Origin: Hyaloraphidium curvatum SAG 235-1
Taxonomy: Eukaryota; Fungi; Monoblepharomycota
Reading direction: 5' to 3'
Assembly: GCA_025558095.1 (NCBI GenBank)
Contig: JAIVFI010000026.1
Location: 372,001-436,000 of the forward strand
Length of the DNA stretch: 64,000 nt
Below are positions 49,429 to 61,432 of this stretch, piece after piece; positions within the stretch are counted from its first letter, which is position 1, and every line of letters starts with the position of its first letter. Under the pieces are notes generated by a model, which saw only the letters and a program-made list of their open reading frames with translations, ran no database searches and had not been told where the DNA came from. The position numbers and the translations under genes were made by a program.

Positions 49429-52400
49429 TCAAAAAACGCCCGTGAAAAAGGCCCCAGATGCCTTGTGTCTGTTTACAAGACTCTCAATCTCCTGTGCCCG
49501 TTGAAGATGAGACTTCCGTGGGCCAGAAGCAGCCGTTGCGCCCGATCTTTTGGTGACTGCAGCATGGTGTGCTGCAATGGCAGTAGATCGGACCAGCTTG
49601 GCCAACGCGCTCCTGGAAACAATGGTGCCATCACCAAGAGGCCCAACAAGCTGTAGCATCGTGGGTCCATAGTGAGCGGGAGCTGTTCTGTTCCAGCCTT
49701 GTTGGACTCACCAAAGGATCATCAGCAGACGAAGTGGCCGAACGAGAGGCTGCCGGGCCGCCCGAATGCAGAGATGTTCCAATGCTCACAGAATGGAGCC
49801 GGATGACGTAGAGCCCCGGCGAACCAGGAAGGGGTTGCACAAAGATGAAGAAGTGGCCGCGACCAAGATGCTTCGGAATGTTCAGATACCCATTGATGTC
49901 CTCGATCCAAACGATGTAGACCAAGTCTTCCTGCCCAAGATGGTGGAACAAGGATCGCATGACTGACCGCCGGGAGGACTCCGGCTTGCCGGCTGTCGAT
50001 GACTGAACTCCGGGCACGTCGGGGGCGGGCGGCTGCTTCAACGTGTACGGAACATGGAAAACTGCCTCAACCGTCCGCGTCGCATAGTAAAGGGCAGTTT
50101 TGCAGGTCCGCGCGTCGAGCGATGCCAGGTACCCTGGATGCGAGTCCGGATCCACTGCCCAGCCCAAACCGTGGAGGAAATCAACAAATTCTTCCGAAAC
50201 CGACTGGTTGTTGAGCATTTCGTCAACGCCGTCCAGCCCGTTGCGCGCAAAAAGGACCGCGGCCCTAACGCATTCGCGCTCCGGCATCCTGTCCAGTTTC
50301 TCCAGGTCTTTGCACAGCGACTCGGAAACCACTAGGGGTACAACGCGCTGCCGACGTTGGTTGGCGATGGAGAGGAAACCAAGGTGCGTTAGAACCAATC
50401 GGGCAGCCTGCGGGCTAAGCAAAAGCGTTCACTCAAGCGTGAGCCACGGCAAACGGCAGAAAGTCCCCTACATTTCAGCGTCCTGGGCGCCTTTGCCTTG
50501 GGTTGGAACCGAAGCGGGCACGGCAGCGTTGCGACTCGATATGTTGTCCATCGAGCGAGGTGCAAAGCGAACATCTTGCGACGTGATAGCGCTCATTGAC
50601 GTCAGTGCAAGATCTACTTGCTGCGCGTCCTCGCCTCCCATCGTAGCCAGATCGTTCAGAGACGGAATCGCGAGCTCATTGACGGCGGCTAAGCTCAAAG
50701 GCAATCCTGACCGTGACGCGTTGCTGTTTGGATCAAGATCGCCGGGAACGGGCTCAAGAGTCGGCATGATAATGGCAGCGCCGTCCACGGTCTCCTCGAA
50801 CAGGTCATTCGCCTCATTGCCCTGCTCCTGGTCTTCCGCGGGCCCTCCGCGAACCCCCGCTGGTCCATAGTTCAGGAAGACGGTCCACGAGTTCTTCACG
50901 CCGGCATCACGTAGAATCAAGGTCGCCGACGTTCCGGTCCGGAAGCTCTCATCAATGGGAGGTTCGTCGATCACCGACACAAGGACGCGGTTGTCAACGG
51001 CATAAACGCGCAGGTGCTTCCTTAGAGAGTCCATGATGATATCCGACTCCGTACCGCTGTTCCGGTCCATCGAGTGTCGGCCGCCGTTCGAGGGCAAGAT
51101 TCCGGCCTGGCGACGCAGGGCTTGCCGCTCATCCCAGAGGCTGCCCAGACACGACACGCCGGTGGCTTCTCCGTACGGAGGAAACGATCCACAAAAGTCT
51201 ATGAACTGATGGAGAGCAATTTCGGCGCTGATCTTTATCAAGAGCATGGCCTGCTGAATTGCAAAGGAGGGCATGCCCACACCTCCGTCCTGAGTCGAGG
51301 AGCTTACTCCAGCGGTCAGGATCGAACCAGGATTTAAGCCCAGAGCTCCCTGAACTCCTGATTGGGTGGGGAGCTGCACCAATCCCGACGGAACTCTCGG
51401 CCTCGCAGGCCCGTCAGCTTTGCTCTTGCTGTGCTTCCGCCCCACGGCACCTAGATCAACCACCGACTGAACCAGGCCGCCAGTAACGTTCACGATGCGC
51501 TCTCCGAACCCGCTCTGAAGAGCTGCCGGTGCGAGCAAGCTTTGGCTGGCATCTCTCATGTCTGTCGCGACGCTTGCATTTGCTAAAGCCTGACTCGTTC
51601 CGGACGGCGGCGAGGATTGCCCCGCGGCAGCGTTGAGCGAGCCCCACGGATTCGGAATCGATGCATCCGAGACGGCATCCACGGCTCCGAAGTCGTCCTC
51701 TGGATTCAGGATTCCCATTGCACGGCAATACGTGGCAATCAAGGCCCCGGAGCAGTCCCTGTCGAAAAGAATCCACTGGCCCAGCAAAGCGCATTTCGTT
51801 GCGCAGTCGATGGATCGTATGATGACCTGACGATGCGGCTGCGTCCCTCAACAACGTCAGTGTGAAGACGAGAAAAAGCCCACGAAACTCACGACAAGAT
51901 TCTCGTTCTCCAGCAAACGCTCCACAAGAATGGCAAGAGTGTGGATGATCTCCCGCCCCAGGGCTTGCGCGTAGTCCGCAGCCGTTTTCGCAAGCACGGT
52001 GAACCTCGAAAGCAGATCCAAGGCAGCGCAGGTTACATCATCCGGCCATCTGAGGATTGCAATCTTCTCCAGAACCGTCCTTCCAACCACGAGGAGGATC
52101 TCAGGGGTCTGCCGAAACTCTTCGAAGACCAGCGAGTCGATGATGTTCAACAAGTAACGGCACCCGACCGGACTCTGCTCGTTCACCAAAGATTGAAGCG
52201 CCATGCTCAGCAAAAGTGGTTTGAGCTGCCGACCAACAGGTGAGTTCAAGCCACGAGGACGGAGACATCGACACCCACGAGACCCATCGTTGCGGGGAGG
52301 TCATGGAATCCTTTTGTAAGATCCAGGTTGAGCTCTACCATCCGCGCTCTAGCGTACGCGCCCTTCACAACGCCTGTTAGTCCTCGCTGCTGGGTTTCGT

Positions 52401-54943
52401 ACCACTGGCGAAGAAAGGCAGCTGCTTCGCGTGGCTTGCTGAAGGACTCTGAGGAAGTTTGGGGAGACAATAGCCGAGGCCTAATTCCACCGACAGCTGC
52501 CTCTCGTTCCCACTGGCGGGGCGGCAAAGGCGGGGGGCTCTGACCAGCGGCGTCCAAAGGCCGCTCCAAGAGCACGGAGCTGAACTCGTTCACCATGGCA
52601 TAGGTGCTCCCGAGAATCTGAAAGCACGCACGTCGCAGCTCGTCCACGGGGATAGTAGGTGGCTTGGTGAACGTCGGTTGCAACTGTGATAGTGCGTCAG
52701 AACTCGAAGAGGCAACATCGCCATCACTAACATCGGGAAGAATGCGACCCAGGGCCAAGACGAGCTCGGGAATTACGAATCGAGCGCCATCCCCCCCTTT
52801 GAAGACTGCTCCCAAACCCCGAGTGGCGAGGTTCACCATTATGCTGGTCACAACGCCAACATCTCCCTTTGTCAAACCGTCAACGAGAGCAACGTAGAAA
52901 CGTTCCAGGTACGCCTCCTTGATTGGCTCCCGGTGCTGAGGCGCCGCAATGATCCGAATCATGGTCGCATGCGACAGCGACCGCCCTTCCTCGAACTCCC
53001 AGCCACCGGGTCGGGCGATGGAGGTCCATATCCAGCTCCCGAACATGGCGATCAGCGTGTTGGAATCGGGCCGCGAACTCCACCGGCCGTCAGAGACCGC
53101 CAAGTCCTTCGAGGCGGACGTGTGGAGCAGAAGGTCAACGAGCTTGGACACGCCAAGACAATGCAGTGTAAACTGATCGGCAGGGAGGTACGCCGGATTG
53201 TCGACGAGATCTGGAGCAGTGCCGGTGAGCCGAGAGCGCCCTCGCATCGTTCATCGCCACCCACTGAGAACTCGCCACCAGGCATCCTGCAGAGTCTGCG
53301 CGACCGAGGTCTTGCCCAGCCAGCGATCAATCGTACATGCAGTACCATCGCCGTACTTGATGACGATGGCTCGGCCGCCTGCGCCCGAATCCAGACCCGA
53401 CAAGATGCGGCTCGTCAAGCCGACTGAAGCTGCAGTCCAGTGCTGGAGCGGTTCAGTACGGTTGAGCGCCCATGTTGGAAAACGGCCCTTGCGGCGGCCC
53501 TCGGTCGTAAGGAGCAATATCTTGGCACGCAATCAGGGACCTTCCTCCTACCTTGAGCTCTGCCCACAGATCGGTGCTGACCTCTGCTCCTGCCCGCAAC
53601 CAAATTTCCAGGAGAGTCCGAAGAAGATCCTGGGCAAGAAGGTCGCCCAGGTCTCCCTCCACGTTATCCTGCTTCGCGCCACCTCGCAGCGGGGAAGATG
53701 TTGACATGAGGACGTCCGCGGCCGCAAAGAGGCACTTCAGGAGAGTCGTCCACGTTCTGCAGACACTCCACTGAGCAACATTCGCAACCAGGAACCCAAG
53801 CGGCGCAAGCTTACGCGTCGGTCAAGGCATTGCCAGTGTCATTCAATTCCGCATAGGCACGCACACAGCGCCCAAGGACCGCGAGAAGTGTTTTGCACAA
53901 ATCCGCGTGCCTCGCCATGTCAGTGCCTGGCCCGAAAAGTGGTCCCGGGGTACCTCCGAGCGGAGAACCAGACGAGGCTTCACGGAGCGAAGAATCACCG
54001 GACCCCAATGGTGCTGGCTCCACGCTTGCTCCAGCAACCTCCCCTTCGCCTTCCTTTGAAGCAGCTAGCGCGCCTACCGGGTGCGCATCTGAACTCTCTT
54101 CCGCCCCCGTCCCCACAGGGGCCGGGCCGGGAAGAACGGATGCCTCCTCAATGGCCGAAACCATCTCCGGAGGCAAGGGCGCTTGGCTGAATACCATGTC
54201 AGAGCAGCCGACATGATGGGAGGGATCAAGGGCAAGCTCACGCGTATCCGAAAGCCGGCGTTCGCGGTTGGAAAAGCTGACTCAAGTGCTTGAAGCAGGT
54301 CTCGAGGAACCATTGCGTCACGGGCACCAGGGTTGAGGAAACCAATCCAGGGGGTTGGAATGCGGCCAGGGGATTCTCGGCACGCGCGCCCCACGGCCTG
54401 CACGACGTGAGGGCCCGCGAAAGCTTGGCCGCGCCCAGCGCTCCGAGACCGTCGTCGCGACCCCCGTCCCTGAAGCTGATCGGCTCCTCGCCCAGAGCAA
54501 GATTGCCCAAAATCCAACCAGAGTAGACGGCCAGGCATTTCTCGACGACGTCTCGGTGGAACTCGTCCACGGGCAGCGCGAACCCCTGACCGACCACCTC
54601 CATCGCCCACCATACATGAGCAGGTGCAGTAAGCCAGCTTGATGATGCCTGTAGTCCCGCCCATTGCTGTGGAGTCAGAAAGGCGGCGCCAAGGGGGCCT
54701 TCGGATGCTGGGACCGGGGACCCGATCGGCAACGGCCCATGTGAGAGAAGGGAGGACGCGACGGAATCTATGAGGGCGCGCCGGAGAGGAAGGGGAAAGC
54801 GTCCAAGCACGTTCGACTCTGCCAACGCGTCGCGCAGTGCGGCGAGTGCCATGGTGAGACTCTACGGTCGCGGTGGGTGCTCGAAAAGGCTCACGGGGAT
54901 CATGCTGCAGAAGGCCCAGCGTGGTCGCCCAATCGAGAAACAT
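49429..54943 (-). CDS. Ral GTPase-activating protein beta subunit-like (Rap/RanGAP domain), multi-exon host gene
   Basis: MFLDW start, WAMEVVGQGFALP..VEKCLAVY, KHLSQLFQPR, and C-terminal FVDFLHGLGWAVD...YYATRTVEAVFHV. Exon limits approximate. Confidence 0.75.
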
Positions 54944-55086
54944 GCGCGTAGCATCAAAGATGCTGAGGGACCCCGCCGCGCGTATGAGGTTGCAGCCCGG
55001 CGGCCGAGTTCCAGTGCTGGTCGAGCGAATGTCAACAAGTCATCACCACCGCACGGCCCGATCAACACCTGCAGGCCGTCGAAACA

Positions 55087-56130
55087 ATGAAGCCGGTGGC
55101 GTCCATTGTGCCGTTCCCGGAGAACGCCTATGTCCTGCACATCGCTTCACCGCCGGACGGAGCCCATTTCGCTTGCGCCGGCGCAAGCCAGAACGGGGCA
55201 CCGTTCCTCGGCATCTGCGACACGAGGACCTTGCAGCCGGCGCTGTCCCTCGTCGGGACCCACCGGGGGACGATTACGGACCTGTGCTTCCCCTCCCCTA
55301 CTTCGCTGGTTTCGTCGTCGATGGACGGGACAGTGGTCATGTGGGATTTGAGGACCGGTGCACCAGCAGCCACAGTGTCCCAAGCGGCACCGGAGCCTGA
55401 GGAGCCTCGGAAGCGGAAGAAACCTGTACCGTTGCCGCCCGTGTGCTCCGTGGACGTCTCGCAAAGCCTATTAGCGTACGGCACAAACGTGCCAGATGGT
55501 GGCGACGACAGCATGATTTGCCTCTGGGACCTGCGCAACTGCGCCTCGCCCTTGGCGGTGTTTACGGACTGCCATTCCGAGGACGTGACATGCGTACGTT
55601 TTGCTCCGCACCAGACGGGTCCGGTCAGCGAGCTGGCCAGCGGTGGTGTGGACGGGATCCTGAATCTCTTCGCGCTCAGCCCGGACGTCATCTCGGGCCC
55701 TGCATCCCCAGAGGATAAGGAGAACGAGTCTATCCAAATGACCATCCCGCTGGATTCCATCGCCCAATTCGGCTGGGCGTCCAGGTACATTTGGGGCCTC
55801 ACAACGACGGAACAGATGTTCGTGGTAGATCCGCACGAGGGCGACGTTCTTCTCAAGCTCGAAGACGTTCGCGAAAGAACCTCATCCGAGTACCTCCTCG
55901 GATGCCTTTACGACGAACCCTCCGAGCGCTTGTATCTCTTTGCCGGCGTCGGAGGAGATGTGAACGGCTTCCACGTCAATTTGCAGGGGGTGTCAGCAAG
56001 TCCCGACCGGAATCTCCGGGGAGCCCATACCGATATCGTGCGGGCCTTTGCCAGCATCGGCACGGATGCCATTCTGACCGGCGGAGAGGATGGCCGCGTC
56101 GTGTCGTGGGCATCCGACCCCAGAGCATAG
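55087..56130 (+). CDS. WD40 protein, WDR89-like
   Basis: SMDGTVVMWDLR, HSEDVTCVRF, SGGVDG, AHTDIVR, TGGEDG. Confidence 0.8.
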   Translation: MKPVASIVPFPENAYVLHIASPPDGAHFACAGASQNGAPFLGICDTRTLQPALSLVGTHRGTITDLCFPSPTSLVSSSMDGTVVMWDLRTGAPAATVSQAAPEPEEPRKRKKPVPLPPVCSVDVSQSLLAYGTNVPDGGDDSMICLWDLRNCASPLAVFTDCHSEDVTCVRFAPHQTGPVSELASGGVDGILNLFALSPDVISGPASPEDKENESIQMTIPLDSIAQFGWASRYIWGLTTTEQMFVVDPHEGDVLLKLEDVRERTSSEYLLGCLYDEPSERLYLFAGVGGDVNGFHVNLQGVSASPDRNLRGAHTDIVRAFASIGTDAILTGGEDGRVVSWASDPRA

Positions 56131-56181
56131 AGCTCTGTCTGTCCGCGCTTGGTTGCTCACTCTCGCCCCGCATCGGAGCCG

Positions 56182-57613
56182 TCAGAGGGACACGTCGTGT
56201 AGCGCGCAGCACACCACAGCTTTCTGGTGGCCGTTGTAGTTTCGAATGGTATCGCCAGAGCTGAGATCCCACAGGCGTGCGGTGTTGTCCGAAGAAGCTG
56301 GCGGAGTCCGGCTGTCAATACAGGGTGGCTCCAGAACTTGCACGTCGTCGGCCCACCCGTGACCATGTATGCCGAATCCGCGCTGAAGCTCGCATCCCAG
56401 ACCCATCGGGTATGCCCTGTCAGGGTCTTTTCGAGGGCGAAGTAGGTTTCCCCGTCGGCACCATCTCCGCTGCCCCATTCCTCCGCATCCCCATTCTCGT
56501 CGGCTTGCGCAGGGTATGCCGACGATCCGTTGCGCCACAGCTTGACCGTGTGGTCGGCCGAGCACGTGGCAAGGAGGCTGGCCAGGCATGAGCATGGTGG
56601 ATCGAGAACTCACGGCGAAACATACTTCGTATCGGGGCTCAGCAACGCCTTCGTTATGTACTTTGAGTGCGCAGGAATCTTTTGCAAAGCCTCCAAATCC
56701 GTGACGTCGCCGCGCGACTTGACCTTCCACACGTACACGTTGCCCTGGAGCCAAAGGTGAGGAACGAGGCCGCCGAACTGGATGATTGGGACATGCCTTG
56801 TTGTTTGCGGCCACCAAAACGCCCCCATCACCTGCCATGCTGACGCTCTTGACCGCCACGTCCTCCTCGGGCACGAGTTCGTGCGTGCAGGCATTCTCCC
56901 CCAGGTCCCATATCCTCACCACTCCCGACTGATCGGACGAAATAATCTCTCCCTGATTCGGGTGGATGATGACGTCGGTGACGGGCGTTTTGAGATCGTA
57001 ATCCCGTTGGACGCCCGGCGCCCTTCGAGGCGATCGGTCACTCTTGCGGGTACGTCCAGATGCGCTCCAAGGCACGTACCTCACGTCCCAAATCTTGATA
57101 GTGCCGTCCTCGGATCCAGTCACTATCCATCGGCCAGCAGATTGGTAGGAAACGGACGTGACATTCCCCGAATGCCCGTCATACGACGTGATCTAGCGTT
57201 CGCGGGCGTGTGGGTAAACGCGTTCGATAATCTCGGGAGGCTACCTACAGGGTTCGGGTGGTTCGTCTGGACCTCGTATATTCGAATGTGAGGGTTCCCT
57301 GTGGGAGGCGATCGCGTCAAGGTCTTTCGCGCCGGAAGCGCGCGAAACGGACCTGCCGCGGCCAGATACCGCTTGTCCGGCGAAATGGCCATACGATTCA
57401 CTTGCTGAAAGCCGGAAATGTCCCACGCGAGAGCCGTAAGCGCGGGAAATCAGGTCCGTTCTCGGTCCGACCCACAGAATCGGGATGCTGTATCGTTCTG
57501 AGGCATAGTCCGCTCAGAGCCTCCCAGAACCGGATCGTATGGTCATAAGATGCCGTCGCGAGGACGACTTCGGTCACTCCCGACGGCGATGGCGGGTGTG
57601 GGCTAGACGTCAT
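56182..57613 (-). CDS. LST8: TOR complex subunit LST8, multi-exon
   Basis: [30 protein letters not shown]; [10 protein letters not shown]; [11 protein letters not shown]; [18 protein letters not shown]. Confidence 0.92.
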
Positions 57614-57715
57614 ATCTCATTGTTTGTGTCCGCGCAACACCCGCGCGCGCGCCCCAGCGCGAGGCCCCCGAATCCTGCCTCTGTTTGCCGCAGTCTCCCA
57701 ACACACCGAGACAGG

Positions 57716-58726
57716 ATGAAGCGCGTTTCTGCTCTCGGGGCCCCTGTGGCGGCTGCCGCACTGTTGGCGCTGGCCTTTGCCCCCGTCGCCGATGCCCAGG
57801 CGTCTGCGAACTCGACCTTCCCGCTCGTTCTCGACTCGGGCTTCAGCATGCGCAATGATGCCAACAACAGTTTCTGGTGCGTCTCCCGGCCATCGCAGTG
57901 CGCTCTGCTTCGTCGCAACGGTGCCCTGATGAGCGCAACCCCCGCCTGCGTTGCTTTCTCATTCCCGCTGCCGCGCATGTGGCCAAACATGATGCGCACG
58001 CACGCAGCCAGTCCTACTACGTCCGCGTCCCTGCGCGCACGTACTTCGACTTCAGGTGGTGCCAAGGCAACGGCAATGGCCTCGGCATCGTCTACACCGA
58101 CGCCGACACTATCGCCGCCACCGACACCCCGCCCGTCCCGAGGTTCTGCCGCAAGGTCGACGACCTGAGGGCCTTTGCCCTCGACTACCAGATGCTGGCC
58201 AACGACATGCCTCGGGAAACCCCAGGCTGGAACACCAACAACACCTTTTGCGCGCAGGCCAAGCGCTTCCCGACCATATGCTACAACACGGACGTCACGA
58301 TCTACCTCTCCTTCAGCAACTACTGGAGGTGGTCTCCGGCTCTCTGGCCCATCGTGTGGAAAGCTTACCCTTTCGTTCTACAGCGGCCAGTTCGACAACG
58401 GCACGCTCTGGCCCTCGTCGTGGTACGGCACCAGCAGGCCTCGCGACCTCAACGTCACCATGACCAAGATCGAGCCCTCTGCCGATCTCCCCGCCTGCCG
58501 CGACGTGGGAAGCTTCACGACCAAGACCAGGGTGCCTGGCGCTTCCACCACTTCGCGTCGCCTCCCCACCCCCAAGATCGAGGGCGCGGAGTTCACCGGG
58601 ACCCTGACCAACCCCACCGCGACCGCCGGCGCTCCCAAGAGCGGTGCCACCACGGGCGTGCAGGTTGCATTTACCACGATGGTGGCGCTGGCCGCCTTGG
58701 TCGCTGGCGTGCTGGCGGCGATGTGA
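57716..58726 (+). CDS. Secreted or GPI-anchored protein, multi-exon
   Basis: Signal peptide MKRVSALGAPVAAAALLALAFAPVADA, Thr-rich stalk, hydrophobic C-terminus. Confidence 0.6.
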
Positions 58727-58954
58727 AGATCGCACATCACCGAGAAGGGAGGACTTTGTTTGGCTGCACAGGGGTCGGGAGGACGGCGCTAGTGCCAGTG
58801 CGTAACCATATGTTTTGTATCGCAATACATTGCAAAGACGTCGTAAAAGTGAGCCTGGATCCTCCGCTCCCGTGCAGGAGTGTACACCCGCGCGGCGAGA
58901 GTCAGAGGCTCTGCCTAAGGTCCACCCCGACCAGAAGCCCCTCGGAATCGTCGA

Positions 58955-59514
58955 TCATAGCTTGGATCCCTCCGAAGCAACCTCAGCCTGAACCTCGACC
59001 AGGTACTCTTCCGACACGAGGCCAGTAGTGCCAACCTAAGAGAGGCAGTCTTTAGAGGTCGCCCGACCGTCGGTCGGGCCAACGAACCGTGGTGTTTGCC
59101 GGCGGCGGCGAGATGCCCTTGAACGCGTCTGAGTAGGCTTTGGCTACCTTCCTAAAGTTCTTCCCCATGTCCACGACGAAGATCGTGAGCCGTGTGACGT
59201 CCTTGAGGCCAAGACCGTAGTGCTTCAGGCTGTCCTCGATGTTCGACAGCGCCTGCCGCATCTGCTTGTACGCATCGCCCTTCCCGACGCACGCTCCGGT
59301 TGCCGGGTCGCTGGCAACGTGTCTGCATCGGACCAAACATGAGCAAGGAGGGGAAGAAAACTCCGCGGGAGACACACCCCGAGAGCAGGATGACGGGCCC
59401 GCGGCGGTAGGCAAGGGCGAAGCCTGTCCCAATCGTCAACGGATGAAAAGGACGGAGTTTATGCCGAGCTAAAGTACCTCCGCTTCGGTCGACGACGACG
59501 TCTTTGGTGGACAT
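58955..59514 (-). CDS. RidA/YjgF family protein, multi-exon
   Basis: GDAYKQMRQALSNIEDSL...DVTRLTIFVVD...PPANT.VG...LVEVQAE. Confidence 0.8.
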
Positions 59515-59716
59515 CGTGGGTGCGAAGATCGCGAAGGATTCGCTGGGCCGATTCACGCGGCCGTTTCCGTCGTCCGGTGATTTCGGTTTTCCCACGGAGT
59601 GGGAGGCAGTGATCGAGCGCGCGCTCTAGCCGGCTGCAAAAGCTGCTGCGCCCGGCGCACCGTCGGTTGCGGTCACCCCGCGCGACGCGTTCGCACCCGT
59701 CCGCGACGCGTAGGAG

Positions 59717-60649
59717 ATGGAAGACCTGGAGTACGTCAACGAGGACGGCATCCTCGACGACCTCAAGTGCGCGATATGCCACAGGCCGTTCGTGGACGCG
59801 GTCGAGGACACGTGCCAGCCGATGCCGCACTCATTCTGCTCCACCTGCATATTCGGCTGGATCCGGACGAACCGCCACGGGAAGGACGCGCCGTGCCCGC
59901 AGTCGCGGCAGCCGCTGGTCGAGAGCGAGCTCAAGCCGGTCGGCCTGGCGCGACGGCTCACGAACCAGCTGATTGTTCACTGCACGAAGCGCAACGAGGG
60001 CTGCAAGTGGACCGGCAGGCGTGACAACCTCGCGGACCACCTCAAGACCAGCTGCCGCTTCGAGCTCGTTCCCTGCCCCGGTGCGGACCTCTCGCTCGGA
60101 CCTGCGGTCCCGGGTTGCACCTTCAGCGCGAACCGGGCGGACCTTCAACGTCACGTTGCCTCGTGCCCGTTCGTGGCGATGGGTCCCGTGTTCACCGCGG
60201 TGGGAAAGCAGCTTTCGTTCCTGTCGGCGAGGTGCAAAAGGCTCCAGAGTCGCGTCGCGGATCTGGAGGACCAGCTCAAAGACGAGCCTCGCAAAAGACC
60301 GAGGCCCGGCTCGCAATCGGGATCCTCGCGGGATGTTCTGAAGCTCGACGGCGCGCGCGAGGCCGAGAAGAAGACGGTCGTGCACATCAACGCGAAGCTG
60401 GTCGGGGATCCGACGCAGAAAGACGTTGTGCTCTCCTTCGCGCTGGCAAAGACGACGCGTCTCGGCAAGCTCATGCAGAGCTTTGTCGAGAAGGTTCACA
60501 GCTTTGCGGGCCAACCGCTGACGCATCTGGACTTTGCGACCGCCGAGTACTGGTACGGCCTGCACAAAATCGACCCAGATGACACGCCGGAAGATCTGGA
60601 GATGGGGATGGACAGTTCGGTCGCGGTGCTCGTCAGACCGTTTGAGTGA
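59717..60649 (+). CDS. RING + TRAF-type Zn finger protein with SUMO-like C-terminal domain
   Basis: CAIC...HSFCSTC...CP; C...GCKWTG..HL...C; TRLGKLMQSF...IDPDDTPEDLEM. Confidence 0.8.
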   Translation: MEDLEYVNEDGILDDLKCAICHRPFVDAVEDTCQPMPHSFCSTCIFGWIRTNRHGKDAPCPQSRQPLVESELKPVGLARRLTNQLIVHCTKRNEGCKWTGRRDNLADHLKTSCRFELVPCPGADLSLGPAVPGCTFSANRADLQRHVASCPFVAMGPVFTAVGKQLSFLSARCKRLQSRVADLEDQLKDEPRKRPRPGSQSGSSRDVLKLDGAREAEKKTVVHINAKLVGDPTQKDVVLSFALAKTTRLGKLMQSFVEKVHSFAGQPLTHLDFATAEYWYGLHKIDPDDTPEDLEMGMDSSVAVLVRPFE

Positions 60650-60764
60650 CGCAGCTCGGACTGTCCCGGGTCTGCTAGACTATAGCATGCTACGATCGAG
60701 GAAGGATAAAGCGACGACGACTCGCTGGTTCGTTTCCTTCGGACACGGTGTTCTCCTCCGACAA

Positions 60765-61295
60765 TCAGTTCGCCGTTGCCTCTGTGCCCAACTCGTCCGG
60801 CAGCGGCTCTTCTGTATACCGCGGCGCCCAGGAATCCGTCGTTTCGAACCACGGAAGCTTGGCGGATTGCCAAAGATGCTCCGCCGGTACCAGCTTCCGG
60901 ATCCACGGTTCGTCCAACGAGGCATGTGTCACGTCAATCCAATCCGCCCCATTCACCTGGAAGAAAATCGGTGTCCCGCAATTCGAACAACAAGCCCGCC
61001 GTGCTCGACTGCTGGAGGCAAAGGTCCGCACAGCTGTCGCGGCCCCGTTCATGACGTCTGGCAGTGACAAGCTCTGTCCCGCCGCAGCCACCTCGACACA
61101 AGAGTTCTTGAGCCCGAACCAGGCGACGATTGGCGCCGCATGAAGACGCTGGCAGGTTCTACAACAGCAGAATCCGCAGCGCAGTTCGGAGCCGGCAGCG
61201 ACGGTGTAGGAAACCGCTCCGCAGAAGCAGCGCCCGCTCATTTGCTCCTCAGCAACCGACGTGACCGGAAAGGGGACTTCCGCACAGTCGTCCAT
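60765..61295 (-). CDS. GFA/CENP-V (Mss4-like) family protein
   Basis: GRCFCGAVSY, CCCRTCQR, ACCSNCGTPIF, HLWQSAKLPW. Confidence 0.8.
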   Translation of the reverse strand: MDDCAEVPFPVTSVAEEQMSGRCFCGAVSYTVAAGSELRCGFCCCRTCQRLHAAPIVAWFGLKNSCVEVAAAGQSLSLPDVMNGAATAVRTFASSSRARRACCSNCGTPIFFQVNGADWIDVTHASLDEPWIRKLVPAEHLWQSAKLPWFETTDSWAPRYTEEPLPDELGTEATAN

Positions 61296-61432
61296 CAACT
61301 GAGCAGGCCAACCCAGGTGCTGGCCTCGCCCAACCCAGGGTGCTGGCGTCGCCAACGTGCGCCGGGTGCGCCGCCGGAAGTTTTGGCAGATGAGAGGTCT
61401 CAACCAGGAAGCGACACGGCGGCGGTTCTGCG

